Positions 47,357 to 57,311 of a stretch of DNA of 64,000 nt are shown one piece after another. Origin of the DNA: a virus; the IMG/VR virus record IMGVR_UViG_3300009370_000014, positions 1 through 64,000 of that record; one strand, given 5' to 3'. The notes under the pieces are model-generated. The model saw only the letters and a program-made list of their open reading frames with translations. It had not been told where the DNA came from and did not search any database. The position numbers and the translations under genes were made by a program. How positions within the stretch are numbered: the stretch's first letter is position 1; each line of letters begins with the position of its first letter.

Positions 47357-48242
47357 CTAGAGTCGATGTAAATAACTTATTTTCATCCTTAGCTTTTTCC
47401 AACTTATAAAGTCTTATCGTAGCATCTCTAGCATTTCGAAAAACTATTGCTTCGGGAGTTAGTAAGTTTTCATTAAAACAAGTATGAATAATTTCTTTAA
47501 AAGTATACATGTCAATAGATTTACCTTCTCGAAAAGCCTGGTTCTTTAAATTTTCCAAAACTAAGGTACTCTCTATTTTCATATTACTTAAATAATATGT
47601 CTCAGTGGGTTTCATTCTTTGGAAAGAAGCGACACTTCCTAGATGATGAAATAGTATCAACGCAACCACGATCTCTCTATTAACCTTGGAAAATCCGGAA
47701 GATATATCAAACATGCTTCGTAGGTACTGCACCAATCCTGATTTGCCATAGTAGTAATCCTTATACGCAGGAACGTTATAAAAATTAGAATCCTCCTCAA
47801 TAGAATTCTTTAAAAACTTTTCTCTAAAAACAGAAACAAGACTCTTTAAAGTCTCATTCTTAAAGGGGTAGTCTATTACAGGAGAGATCTCCTCTAAAGG
47901 ATCTATTCCTACTTGAGCAGCAAATAATTCGTCTCCCCCATAAGCACTTTTAATATAATGAGAAATACTCCATTGAGAACCCCACTTACCTTTATCTTGA
48001 ATCTCCATCCACATTTGAACAAAATCATCTTCATTCAAGTCTTCATGAGGGGACCATATCTTAACCTCACTAGTGCCATATTTGTTGTTTAACCAGGCAG
48101 AATAATATTTTTTATTAGTACGAGTGACTCCTACCTCTATCTTCTTAACTAAAAAGACTTCCCCCTTTATTTTCTTTCCAGGAGTAAGGATAGCTAGGTT
48201 AGTCTCATGAATCTTTTCAGTCATATAAAGTCCTTGCTTCAT
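47292..48242 (-). CDS. YhaM/Cbf1-like OB-fold and HD protein with a degenerate HD motif
   Basis: OB fold (TRTNKKY...GTSEVKIW); FYNVPA...GLVQY; ILFHHLGS in place of HDIGK; TPEA. Confidence 0.7.
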   Translation of the reverse strand: MKQGLYMTEKIHETNLAILTPGKKIKGEVFLVKKIEVGVTRTNKKYYSAWLNNKYGTSEVKIWSPHEDLNEDDFVQMWMEIQDKGKWGSQWSISHYIKSAYGGDELFAAQVGIDPLEEISPVIDYPFKNETLKSLVSVFREKFLKNSIEEDSNFYNVPAYKDYYYGKSGLVQYLRSMFDISSGFSKVNREIVVALILFHHLGSVASFQRMKPTETYYLSNMKIESTLVLENLKNQAFREGKSIDMYTFKEIIHTCFNENLLTPEAIVFRNARDATIRLYKLEKAKDENKLFTSTLDGVIFNREHWETNGKSTNDKN

Positions 48243-48564
48243 GACTAAACTCAGAGTACTGAGGATACTCTTCTTCTATAGTCCTTTTTAGAGCCTCATA
48301 CTCTAAAGGAGTGAGTCTCTTACGAGCTTCTTCTGCAATGTCATCTGAAGCATCATCTAAGTATTCTTCTAGATCTTGATAAACTGGAATACTAGATTTC
48401 TGCAAACCTTCTATATAATGTTCTGTAACTTGGTTAGCTAAGTCCTCATTAAAAGTACACATATTAATGCGTTTAGCTTTAGAATTCCAAACAACAAAGA
48501 TAGTGGTTCTATCTATCTCATCAGCTCTATCCAAGTCAGTAATTTCATGTAAATGCTCAGCCAT
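48217..48564 (-). CDS. hypothetical protein
   Basis: ORF on the dominant strand. Confidence 0.6.
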   Translation of the reverse strand: MAEHLHEITDLDRADEIDRTTIFVVWNSKAKRINMCTFNEDLANQVTEHYIEGLQKSSIPVYQDLEEYLDDASDDIAEEARKRLTPLEYEALKRTIEEEYPQYSEFSHEARTLYD

Positions 48565-48735
48565 ATCGAGTTTCTCTCATTCCTTTGATTCTCAAAAGAT
48601 TATAAGTAAATTCGCCAAATTCCGTAACCTTATTAATAGTAGTTAAGATTTTTTAGAAGAAATAATATATATAAACTCTGCGCTAAGGTACCTTGCTTAG
48701 GCATATGAATAACATTTAATAACATATAAGTTTTA

Positions 48736-50694
48736 TTATAAAGAACAGACATCTGAGTCACAGTACTTCTCAGGAGTAGATTCTTCATTTTCGGTCCACT
48801 TAATAGGGTTTAATCTTAATACCATTTCATTATACTGTTGTTCCGAGATAGCCTCATATGTCATTTGGGGATAAATACTGCTATCTCTAGGGAGGAAACT
48901 CACTCCTTTAAGTTGGTATTGAAAATAGTTTAAAGCATGATGAATCTGACATCCTTCGGTGTCAGGATCAAAATTCACAGTAGCAGATACTTGATTATCT
49001 GCCCAATACTTTTGCATAAAAGCACAAAGACTTAATTTTTCCCACATAGAGATACTGGATTCAGCTCTAATATTTCCTACATCTACTGGAAAACTAGTAA
49101 TCATAGTATTTTCTGGATTTGTCACATCTGCTTCCATATCGTAGCCTGCATTAAATACATTCTTAAGAATCTTGTGATTTTTATTAGCTCTTACACGTAC
49201 GATATAAAATCTACTAATAGGATAATGAATTCCGGGTGTAGCTCCAGCCAATAAACTAACGGACCCAGAAGGCTTGACTGATGTACATTTGATACTTTCT
49301 GGTATACATAGCCATTCACTATACGTTTTATCATAGGCTTTAACTGCTGCATATCCTTGTTCACACCATTCTTTAAGTATATGAAGTCCTCTGCCCTCAA
49401 TAAATTGAGCAATTCCCGACATTGAACAGCCTATACGTCTATTTCGAAGCATTACTCTATTTGTTTCAGGCCAATGACTTTGGCCGAGAGTTACAGTTTT
49501 AGCATATAGATATGCAAACTTTAAAGTTCTAATATAATCTTCTAGATCTATATTTCTATGAGGAAAAGTTTCAACTAAACAACATAACTCGTAAGATTCT
49601 AAGGTTTGCTCTAAGCAGGGATTTCCACCTTCAGCTCTTGCATCTTTATTATCAGGAGCTTCAACCATTCTACTATACGCTTGCATATTTTCTAACCAAG
49701 CATATCCAGGTTCTCCATGCATATGAGTTCTGGAAGCAGGATATGTGTAATCCATACCTAGTTCACTAAAAATAGAGTTATTACTAGCCCACCTATGATG
49801 AATACACTCTTTTTCAAAGAGCTCTCTATTTTTGAGATTCATAAATTCTTCATCATTAGGAGATCCAAAAGCAATCTCAGCTGAACGACGAACGTTCCCT
49901 GCAACTACACAGCGACCTATCAGATTCATGATGTCAACTATTAAAGTTACAGTGATAGGGCTGTCATGGATAGAATCTAGTGTCTCCCGTAAGCTCAGAT
50001 GAAGTTCCTTTAAAGGATCTGGACCTGAAGAAGTTCCGCCAAATCCTTTAATAGGTAATCCAGCTTCCCTAATCTTAGAGTAAATAAATTTAACCGTAGA
50101 ACTGCCTTCTATGAAATAACTGTTTAGCAGCATTTCTACACTTTTAACCCACCCTTCTCTACTATCGGGAATAGTATATTGAGTGGTCTTCTTAGTTCCA
50201 GGAGTTCTTACTATTAATTTATGTTTTCCTTTGGTATCAAATCCAACGCCTACGCCAAGCATAGACATATCCATTAGAAAACTAAAAGGCTTAGCTAAAT
50301 CTTTATCTAGGTTTTTAGTAGAAACCATAGCACAGTTATTGAGAGCCGCAAATACTTTACGTTCCTTAGTAACTGCACTTCCCATAGCCCAAAGACCTCT
50401 ACCTGGTGGTAAAAACTTCATATAAAATATACGGTCGTACATTTCTTGAGCACTAATTTGAGCTTTCTTAGAATCCCAGTCTAAACCTCTCTCCTTTATC
50501 CATTCTTCCTGCATTCCATAGCAACCATTAACTACTCTTTCAATAGTTTCATACCAATATTCATTAGTACCATTCGGTTTTAATCTCGAATAAGTTCTCC
50601 TGTATACAAAATTACCTAACCCATTAAATCCAAAAGGAGGGTTCAAATCTGCATAGGAAAGTACAAAATTTTTATCTAAATTAAAGTTAGTCAT
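48736..50694 (-). CDS. nrdJ: class II (adenosylcobalamin-dependent) monomeric ribonucleotide reductase
   Basis: YRRTYSR, PPGRGLW, LNNC, VVAGNVRRSAEI, NPCLEQ, SVKPSGSVS, C-terminal CDSDVC. Confidence 0.95.
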   Translation of the reverse strand: MTNFNLDKNFVLSYADLNPPFGFNGLGNFVYRRTYSRLKPNGTNEYWYETIERVVNGCYGMQEEWIKERGLDWDSKKAQISAQEMYDRIFYMKFLPPGRGLWAMGSAVTKERKVFAALNNCAMVSTKNLDKDLAKPFSFLMDMSMLGVGVGFDTKGKHKLIVRTPGTKKTTQYTIPDSREGWVKSVEMLLNSYFIEGSSTVKFIYSKIREAGLPIKGFGGTSSGPDPLKELHLSLRETLDSIHDSPITVTLIVDIMNLIGRCVVAGNVRRSAEIAFGSPNDEEFMNLKNRELFEKECIHHRWASNNSIFSELGMDYTYPASRTHMHGEPGYAWLENMQAYSRMVEAPDNKDARAEGGNPCLEQTLESYELCCLVETFPHRNIDLEDYIRTLKFAYLYAKTVTLGQSHWPETNRVMLRNRRIGCSMSGIAQFIEGRGLHILKEWCEQGYAAVKAYDKTYSEWLCIPESIKCTSVKPSGSVSLLAGATPGIHYPISRFYIVRVRANKNHKILKNVFNAGYDMEADVTNPENTMITSFPVDVGNIRAESSISMWEKLSLCAFMQKYWADNQVSATVNFDPDTEGCQIHHALNYFQYQLKGVSFLPRDSSIYPQMTYEAISEQQYNEMVLRLNPIKWTENEESTPEKYCDSDVCSL

Positions 50695-50915
50695 CCTAGA
50701 TTCTCCTGAGAGCTAATAGTTGTGAAGAGAGACTCTTCATTTTTAAGAGCTAACTGAGAAAGTCTTACAGAAGTAGCTAGTATTTCATCAGTTAACATTT
50801 TTACATGAAAATTTAGGGGAGAAGTTGTGTCTTCCTTGAAAGCTAATATAAATTTCTCAGCTTCAAGATTCATTGACTCCCCATTAGGATGTTTAATTAT
50901 TATCCTTGTTTTCAT
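50691..50915 (-). CDS. hypothetical protein
   Basis: ATGA-coupled to nrdJ. Confidence 0.6.
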   Translation of the reverse strand: MKTRIIIKHPNGESMNLEAEKFILAFKEDTTSPLNFHVKMLTDEILATSVRLSQLALKNEESLFTTISSQENLG

Positions 50916-50941
50916 AATATCCCCTGTATATACATATAAAT

Positions 50942-50970
50942 AAAGGGCACCATATAAGTGGGTGCCCTTT
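50942..50970 (-). terminator. intrinsic terminator ending the RT-containing unit
   Basis: AAAGGGCACC-N9-GGTGCCCTTT followed by T-rich sequence. Confidence 0.7.
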
Positions 50971-50993
50971 CATTTAATAATTTTAGTGTAAAT

Positions 50994-51365
50994 TTAAGCC
51001 AAAGTGGAAGCTAATTTAACCGAAGCAGATACTGTATCTTCAACTTTTTTTGAGGCAGTAGAAGGAGTATTATTCTTTTCCCAGAATTCTGACAATTCAC
51101 GAATTCTTACAAGAGTCTCTTCTCTTTCATCTATGATTGTCTCTTCTTCATCTATCTGAGGAGTAGTAACTATGTAAGTCTTGCTTAGAAATTTAGGGGT
51201 ACCATCAACTATTTCAGGAGTTGGAATTGTAACTTTAAAGCGAATGCCTTTTGCTTTACCTTTGGTAGAGTATTTTACCTCAAATGAGGTAATTCCAAAT
51301 AACTTATTACCATCAAGATTTACGGTAGGTACAGCAAAATCATCATCAGTTGTTAATGTTAACAT
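50994..51365 (-). CDS. hypothetical protein downstream of the RT
   Basis: 123-aa ORF with a beta-rich N-terminus. Confidence 0.65.
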   Translation of the reverse strand: MLTLTTDDDFAVPTVNLDGNKLFGITSFEVKYSTKGKAKGIRFKVTIPTPEIVDGTPKFLSKTYIVTTPQIDEEETIIDEREETLVRIRELSEFWEKNNTPSTASKKVEDTVSASVKLASTLA

Positions 51366-51506
51366 TTAAGATCCTTTGAACTTTCATATTGTCGCTGCCA
51401 GGCAGCAGACCTATAGCCTAAGAAGTACTTTACAATCTTAGGTCGGGTTTTTAAATCTTCTTTACGTTTTTTATCTAATTGCTCCTGTATAGAGCAGTTA
51501 TCATTT

Positions 51507-51647
51507 TCATTTGGACATGTCATTTGAGTCGTCCTTAGACATATAAGCCATAATATCAAAGCCTAGGGAGATAGACTCTAGACAAAGAGAATCTTTATCA
51601 GTCTTAATATGTTTCTCCAGTGCTTTTAGTAATCTTTTAATAATCAT
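51507..51647 (-). CDS. 46-aa protein translationally coupled to the RT; not in the ORF track
   Basis: ATG overlaps the RT stop (ATGA); MIIKRLLKALEKHIKTDKDSLCLESISLGFDIMAYMSKDDSNDMSK. Confidence 0.5.
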   Translation of the reverse strand: MIIKRLLKALEKHIKTDKDSLCLESISLGFDIMAYMSKDDSNDMSK

Positions 51648-52777
51648 AGTATCGGAATCTCCGTTATTAATTCATTATAACCTTTAGTTTTTAGTATAAA
51701 ATCGAATTTATCTTTTAGTTTTTTTCCTTTTATTTCATTAACTTGGATAAAATAATTAATCTGTCCTCGAATCCACTCTAAAAATTGAATTTCTGTTCGA
51801 TTTGTTTTAGCAGCCTCCTTAGCGATGCTATTTTGAGTCATGTTATGCAAGATACATTTTAATAATTCACGCTTCCGACGTAAGAGATCAGGCTTATCGT
51901 TTACCACCATACCTAAGACGTATTGTCTAGCTGGAGTCCTGTATACTTTTGTCTTACGGGTATTCAAAGTAAATCCTTTAGAGCTAAGAACATCAGACAT
52001 CTTAGTTATAACAGTATCTATCTCACTTTTTACATATACGTTTCCTTCTTTATCAGTATATTCTTTTTTTTCAAAATCTTTATCTGTACTTAAAGTTATG
52101 TCATCAGCATATCTAGTATAGGCAAACCCTGCATCTCTAGCAAGTTTACGTAAATCCTCATCAAAATAGAAGTGACCTACTAAATTAGATATAGTAGGAG
52201 AAGTAGGTGCTCCCTCAGGTACAAAAAATTTAAATGTGCAAAGCTCTGAGAGATACCTGGATACATTATCAGGATACTTAAAATGTTTCTGAAATAACTC
52301 GTATAAGTGTTTCTGCTTAATTGAATTGAAGTAATGTCTGAGATCTAGAGAAACAACAATCTTTTTGTTAGCATGTACTTTAGCCGTATCTCTAGTCTTT
52401 TTTCCTTTTCTAAATCCTGTAATATAATCGGGTAGGAAAGTATCAGCAGGATCTAGTATCTTTCGTTTTATCTGTTTCTGAACATACATCATGCAATCTT
52501 TAGGCTCCTGTAATTTTCGAAACTTTCCTTTATTAGACTTACCTTTTTTAGGAATACTCCAAAACTTATATTGCTGATTTTTATCTTTACGTAACCAATT
52601 AACAGTTCTTTTTTTTACTCCTAATGTATCTGCAAGCATACCTATATCAAGAATCACTGGAAATCCCGAAGTTTCTTGATACTTTAAAATGGAACTTAGA
52701 TCACAAATTTCAAATAAAGAGGGATTAACTCCTTGAAAACCTACTTGCTCTAAACGATAAGGTGATATTTCTATCAT
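51644..52777 (-). CDS. retron-type reverse transcriptase
   Basis: RKLQEP, GFRKGK..TAKVH (NAxxH-like), LDLRHYFNSI, PEGAPTSPTISN, YTRYADDITLS, GFTLNTRKT, VLGMVVN (VTG-like). Confidence 0.92.
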   Translation of the reverse strand: MIEISPYRLEQVGFQGVNPSLFEICDLSSILKYQETSGFPVILDIGMLADTLGVKKRTVNWLRKDKNQQYKFWSIPKKGKSNKGKFRKLQEPKDCMMYVQKQIKRKILDPADTFLPDYITGFRKGKKTRDTAKVHANKKIVVSLDLRHYFNSIKQKHLYELFQKHFKYPDNVSRYLSELCTFKFFVPEGAPTSPTISNLVGHFYFDEDLRKLARDAGFAYTRYADDITLSTDKDFEKKEYTDKEGNVYVKSEIDTVITKMSDVLSSKGFTLNTRKTKVYRTPARQYVLGMVVNDKPDLLRRKRELLKCILHNMTQNSIAKEAAKTNRTEIQFLEWIRGQINYFIQVNEIKGKKLKDKFDFILKTKGYNELITEIPIL

Positions 52778-54437
52778 GAAAATATTCTCTCCAGCTCAGT
52801 ACAAAGCAGAAAATTCTGACGTTATGCAGGGACTTTCTAAATCTCAATTTGCTGAGTCAGTAATGCGACTAAAAGGTCAAAGATATAGTTTAGATAGATA
52901 TCCTATGTTCAGGGCTATTTATAATGTTAGTGACGAGGTAACTGAGACACTGTTAAAGACAGGAAGACAAGTTTCTAAGTCTACTTTTAATGCTAAAGAG
53001 ATACTTGTAGATTCAATGAGAATCCCTCATTTAAATACATTATTCGTAACTCCTCTACAGGAGCAAACAGCCCGTTTCAGTAGGAACTATTTAGGGGAAG
53101 GTATAGCGAATACCCCTTTTATACAAAAGTATTTTTGGCACACAATGTGTCAAAATAATATTTTCTCTAGAGGATTATCAAACGGTAGTCTTGTTCAATT
53201 AACTTACTCCTTGTTAGATGCGGAACGCGCTAGGGGAATACCTGCTGACAAGTTAGTATTTGATGAAGTCCAAGACATACCTATAGACAACATACCTATC
53301 ATTAATGAGTGTCTATCTGCTTCTCCTTATAAATGGAAAACTTATACTGGAACTCCTAAAACATTAGACAACACTATAGAGTATTATTGGCTTAAATCTA
53401 CAATGTGTGAATGGGGAGTTATATGTCCTTTCTGTAGAAATATGAATATACCTGATGATGATCATGTTTGGGATATGATTGGACCGCAAGGACCTATTTG
53501 CCTTAAATGTAAAGCAGATCTACGGAATGATATTCATAAAGGAACTTGGGTTACTACAAATAAGGATTATTTAAATGCAGAGGTAGTTGGGTTTCACTTA
53601 CCTCAAATTATTATGCCCATTCATTACGATAGTAAGAAAGCTTGGAAAGAACTACTAATCAAGAAAAATAGGTATTCTCCTGCACAGTTTGCCAACGAAT
53701 GCTTAGGGTTAAGTTATGATCAAGGAGGCAGATTACTTACCCTGTCAGAACTTAAGTCAGTATCTACAGGTCGTGTTTGGGAGAAATGGGATCCTGATAT
53801 TCCTATTGAACATGCTTTTGCAGGAATTGATTGGGGCATTTCAGCACAAACTAGTTACACTGTCTTAGTCATAGGAGGAATAGATCCTTTAGATAAAAGA
53901 TTTAAGGTAGTATATATCAAAAAATTCTACTCCACGGATACGCTTGATCAGATTGACCAAATTATCGGAATCTGTAAGAACTTTAATGTACTACGTATAG
54001 GAGCAGATGTAGGTGTAGGACATACTAACAATCTCATACTTGATGAAAATTATGGGATTCATAGAGTCTTTAAAATGAACTATACAGCAACTCGTAAAAG
54101 AGTTCTCGAATATAATAAACGAGGTTTCTTCTCTTTGGATAGAACTATATCTTTAAACCTTATGTTTATGGCTATAAAGCAAGGACAAGTAGAGTTTCCT
54201 TCTGAATCATTTATGGATTTATTTTATCCAGATTTCATGACTATGTACGAAGAGATCGTAGAATCACGACGAGGTATTTCTAAAGTATTTACTCGAAATC
54301 CTAAAATTCCTGATGACGTAGTTCATGCTCTTAATTTTTGTATGTTCACAGCTTACAAATACTATGATCATGAATACACTCGTATGGCTACTAATCATGA
54401 TTTTCTTGTGGATGATGAATTAGGACTTGAGTTCTAA
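52776..54437 (+). CDS. terL: terminase large subunit
   Basis: Walker A KTGRQVSKST, Walker B FDEVQD, TGTPK, nuclease AGIDWG, PDDVVHA; internal CxxC pairs. Confidence 0.9.
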   Translation: MKIFSPAQYKAENSDVMQGLSKSQFAESVMRLKGQRYSLDRYPMFRAIYNVSDEVTETLLKTGRQVSKSTFNAKEILVDSMRIPHLNTLFVTPLQEQTARFSRNYLGEGIANTPFIQKYFWHTMCQNNIFSRGLSNGSLVQLTYSLLDAERARGIPADKLVFDEVQDIPIDNIPIINECLSASPYKWKTYTGTPKTLDNTIEYYWLKSTMCEWGVICPFCRNMNIPDDDHVWDMIGPQGPICLKCKADLRNDIHKGTWVTTNKDYLNAEVVGFHLPQIIMPIHYDSKKAWKELLIKKNRYSPAQFANECLGLSYDQGGRLLTLSELKSVSTGRVWEKWDPDIPIEHAFAGIDWGISAQTSYTVLVIGGIDPLDKRFKVVYIKKFYSTDTLDQIDQIIGICKNFNVLRIGADVGVGHTNNLILDENYGIHRVFKMNYTATRKRVLEYNKRGFFSLDRTISLNLMFMAIKQGQVEFPSESFMDLFYPDFMTMYEEIVESRRGISKVFTRNPKIPDDVVHALNFCMFTAYKYYDHEYTRMATNHDFLVDDELGLEF

Positions 54438-54508
54438 ATTAGAAAATATATTTTTAGATACATCAAAAGCATCTATTTAAAACTAGGAATCTCTAAAAGA
54501 TATATGTA

Positions 54509-54772
54509 TCATGATAATTTTTTATCAAAGATATATTTTTGAGCTTGAGCTGTATATACATAACCTATAATAGGTGTTTCTCCATCACCTAGAGAAACAG
54601 CTTCTACTAGTACAGGATACTCCTTTGGCCCCTTATGAACAAAATCAGGACACTTTTGAGAGATAAAATCTGTAAAAGCTCGTTTATTTATAATAAGCAT
54701 AGCATCTTTAAACAGAGAGTAACGATCTCTTACTTGTTCTAAGATATGCATATCCCGGTTTTCAGTTTTCAT
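54509..54772 (-). CDS. hypothetical protein
   Basis: Coupled ORF. Confidence 0.55.
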   Translation of the reverse strand: MKTENRDMHILEQVRDRYSLFKDAMLIINKRAFTDFISQKCPDFVHKGPKEYPVLVEAVSLGDGETPIIGYVYTAQAQKYIFDKKLS

Positions 54773-55104
54773 TAGATTCCTTCTGACTCTGGAGTAGTAC
54801 CGAAGGCCTGTTTACGTATCTTTCTTTCTAACTCCTCTAAAGCTTTATAATCTTTATTATCTAAGGCTAATTTAATAGTATCTGCTAAAATCATAGCAGA
54901 ATCTCTTCCTATTTTTTGTATCTTATGGGACATATCATCTAAAGTCTTTTTAGACTCTGTCTTGTCTATTTTTTCCTCTAAATGATAGATATATCCTTTC
55001 TGAAGTCTAATCAAATCAGTTACAGGAATAACTACCATGTATCCTTCTTCAGGTTTAGGGTCTCCTTGTAGGGGATTAAAATTAAATAACTTTGATAAAT
55101 CCAT
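54772..55104 (-). CDS. hypothetical protein
   Basis: AGGAG RBS. Confidence 0.6.
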   Translation of the reverse strand: MDLSKLFNFNPLQGDPKPEEGYMVVIPVTDLIRLQKGYIYHLEEKIDKTESKKTLDDMSHKIQKIGRDSAMILADTIKLALDNKDYKALEELERKIRKQAFGTTPESEGI

Positions 55105-55119
55105 TGATATGTATCACTC

Positions 55120-56748
55120 CTAAACATCAAATATCTCTTTTTGGTAATCTGAGAGATAGTGTCTAATTCTGGGTATAAATTCGAAGAATCTAGCATCCAA
55201 TAAATAAGTAGTACAAGTATCATTTTCTGTTCTGATACTTCTACCTAAAGATTGCAGAAGAGCTATAGAAGTAGACCACTCCTTATAACCAGGATTTGTA
55301 ACAAATTTCCACATTGTATAATGGTTATACACAGGAAATGGAACGCAAACTATTATTTGAAAAGTAGATTCTGTTCCAACTAAGTTTACTCCTTCTTTCA
55401 TACCTGGAGCAACTAATACAGAGTTCGGTTTATTTCTATGGTTTTCCAGGAGTCTCCCTCTACTTTTTGCCTGGTATGTAAAACGAGGAGACTTAAGTCT
55501 TATAACAATATTATCAAGAATATTAAAACTTTGAGTATGAATCAATCCTTTTTCATTGGGATGATTTTTTAGTATATCACGTATATCTTCTATCAATACA
55601 GGAAGAGAATCTTTTCGTTGAGAATATGCCATACTAGGACCATCCTCAGCATGTACATATACTACCGAATGATTACCTGACTCAAAACTAGTAGGTACTT
55701 TATAATGAAATACTTCTTCTGGTTTTAAACCAAGCTCCTTACAGAAGATTTTAGTATCCAAAATAGTAGCACTCATAAATATAATTATATTATTAATATC
55801 AAAGAATTGGGATTTCAATATACCCTTTACTGAGATAGGAGTAGATGTAAGCTTTTTTATTCCATTAGATTCTGAGAACGTATACGAGAAGAAAGCAGTA
55901 TTAATATTCTTTCTCTGAAACGATGCTTGACCAAGTTTCTCTTTATAGGTAAGTAGCATTCGTTTTATAGATGACTTACTTGAGTGCGGTTCAAGAGATA
56001 GAATTTCCTTCTGCATTTCATAAATATAATTATCAAATAGGTCCTCTAAAAATTGAGGTTCTATTACATCCACAGATTTAGTAAATTTGAAGTTTCTATT
56101 AGAGAAACATATACTAGGATCAGGAGTATTAAAACTGACGAAGGGTTCTTCTTCGAAGGATCTCTGAAATAAATCAGTTACAATCTTAGGAACATTATGT
56201 CCTTCGTCTAGTACTAGGTTAGTACCATTAAATATTCCCATTCTCATCTTATTTTGAAAATAAAAACTATGGTAATTTAGGATCGAATAATCTGCTTCGG
56301 CTGTTTCCTTTAAAGCACCTTCATAGATGCATTCATGACATCTAGAAAAAGCACCTAATCTTTTGTTAAACCATTTAGTAGCTTCATTGCAATTTTTCTT
56401 CTCAGCACACTGGTTCCATTGCTTAGCTGTAGTAGGTATAACACCTAAGTTTTTAGGAGGTCCTTTTAAATGACACCTATAGTGAGAGGCTCCCTTCAAA
56501 AGTTTAAACTCAGGATAATCCGAAACATACTGGTCTTGCAATATAACTTGAGGAGTCAGAATTCTACCTGAACCTAAATGACGTAATATCTCAACAGCAA
56601 TAGCAGACTTACCGGAACCAGTAGGTGCTTCTAGTATTATGTATTTAAACTTTTTTTTTACAGCAGATACACAACAATCAATTGCTTCTTGTTGCTCTTT
56701 TCTAAAACTTTTAAACGGGTGGATCCCCTTCATTGTTGTTGTCGTCAT
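55120..56748 (-). CDS. DinG/XPD-family SF2 helicase
   Basis: Q motif FRKEQ, EAPTGSGKS, Cys cluster after LKGASHYRC, DEGH, MSAT, EGVNL, QSLGRSIR. Confidence 0.9.
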   Translation of the reverse strand: MTTTTMKGIHPFKSFRKEQQEAIDCCVSAVKKKFKYIILEAPTGSGKSAIAVEILRHLGSGRILTPQVILQDQYVSDYPEFKLLKGASHYRCHLKGPPKNLGVIPTTAKQWNQCAEKKNCNEATKWFNKRLGAFSRCHECIYEGALKETAEADYSILNYHSFYFQNKMRMGIFNGTNLVLDEGHNVPKIVTDLFQRSFEEEPFVSFNTPDPSICFSNRNFKFTKSVDVIEPQFLEDLFDNYIYEMQKEILSLEPHSSKSSIKRMLLTYKEKLGQASFQRKNINTAFFSYTFSESNGIKKLTSTPISVKGILKSQFFDINNIIIFMSATILDTKIFCKELGLKPEEVFHYKVPTSFESGNHSVVYVHAEDGPSMAYSQRKDSLPVLIEDIRDILKNHPNEKGLIHTQSFNILDNIVIRLKSPRFTYQAKSRGRLLENHRNKPNSVLVAPGMKEGVNLVGTESTFQIIVCVPFPVYNHYTMWKFVTNPGYKEWSTSIALLQSLGRSIRTENDTCTTYLLDARFFEFIPRIRHYLSDYQKEIFDV

Positions 56749-56995
56749 TTTTAAGATCTATCCTCCCTTCACAGCCTACCATCTCAATTAAGGTAGTTAG
56801 ATCTTCACCTACTCTTGTTATGTCCACACCATACGGAACTTCTATCTCCATAGAAATTTTTAATTTAGAGTTATACTTATCTAATGAATCTTCTTTAAAG
56901 CTAAGATTTTTTATAACTGATTTATTAAAAATTAGGAATCCGCCCACTTCCTTTTCAACTGTATCTTCAGTCTTCTCTTTTTCCGAACCACTCAT
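56711..56995 (-). CDS. hypothetical protein
   Basis: Coupled ORF. Confidence 0.55.
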   Translation of the reverse strand: MSGSEKEKTEDTVEKEVGGFLIFNKSVIKNLSFKEDSLDKYNSKLKISMEIEVPYGVDITRVGEDLTTLIEMVGCEGRIDLKNDDNNNEGDPPV

Positions 56996-57311
56996 TTCCG
57001 TCCCAAAATCTATCCGGTCTTACGAAATCCGGATCTTCTTTTCTGTTTATAGAATCTTGGTAATGTAATATTCCATAGGTTAATAACATGCCTTCTACAA
57101 ATGATCTAGGATCAAAAGAGTCGTTCTCCTCTAGATCTAACATACTATGAGCTACTTGTGATACCATTCCCTGCAGCTTAGCATTTTCACGTTTTATATG
57201 GTCTGCAACATCCATTATGGTGAACTCTCCAGCAGCTAAGCTATGAAAAAATTTACTAGCAGTTTTTCCTGTTATTTCAGGTAACATTATATTTCCTCCA
57301 GTTCTCCCCAA
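56967..57311 (-). CDS. hypothetical protein
   Basis: Coupled ORF; start probably MLPEITG. Confidence 0.6.
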   Translation of the reverse strand: MGRTGGNIMLPEITGKTASKFFHSLAAGEFTIMDVADHIKRENAKLQGMVSQVAHSMLDLEENDSFDPRSFVEGMLLTYGILHYQDSINRKEDPDFVRPDRFWDGNEWFGKRED

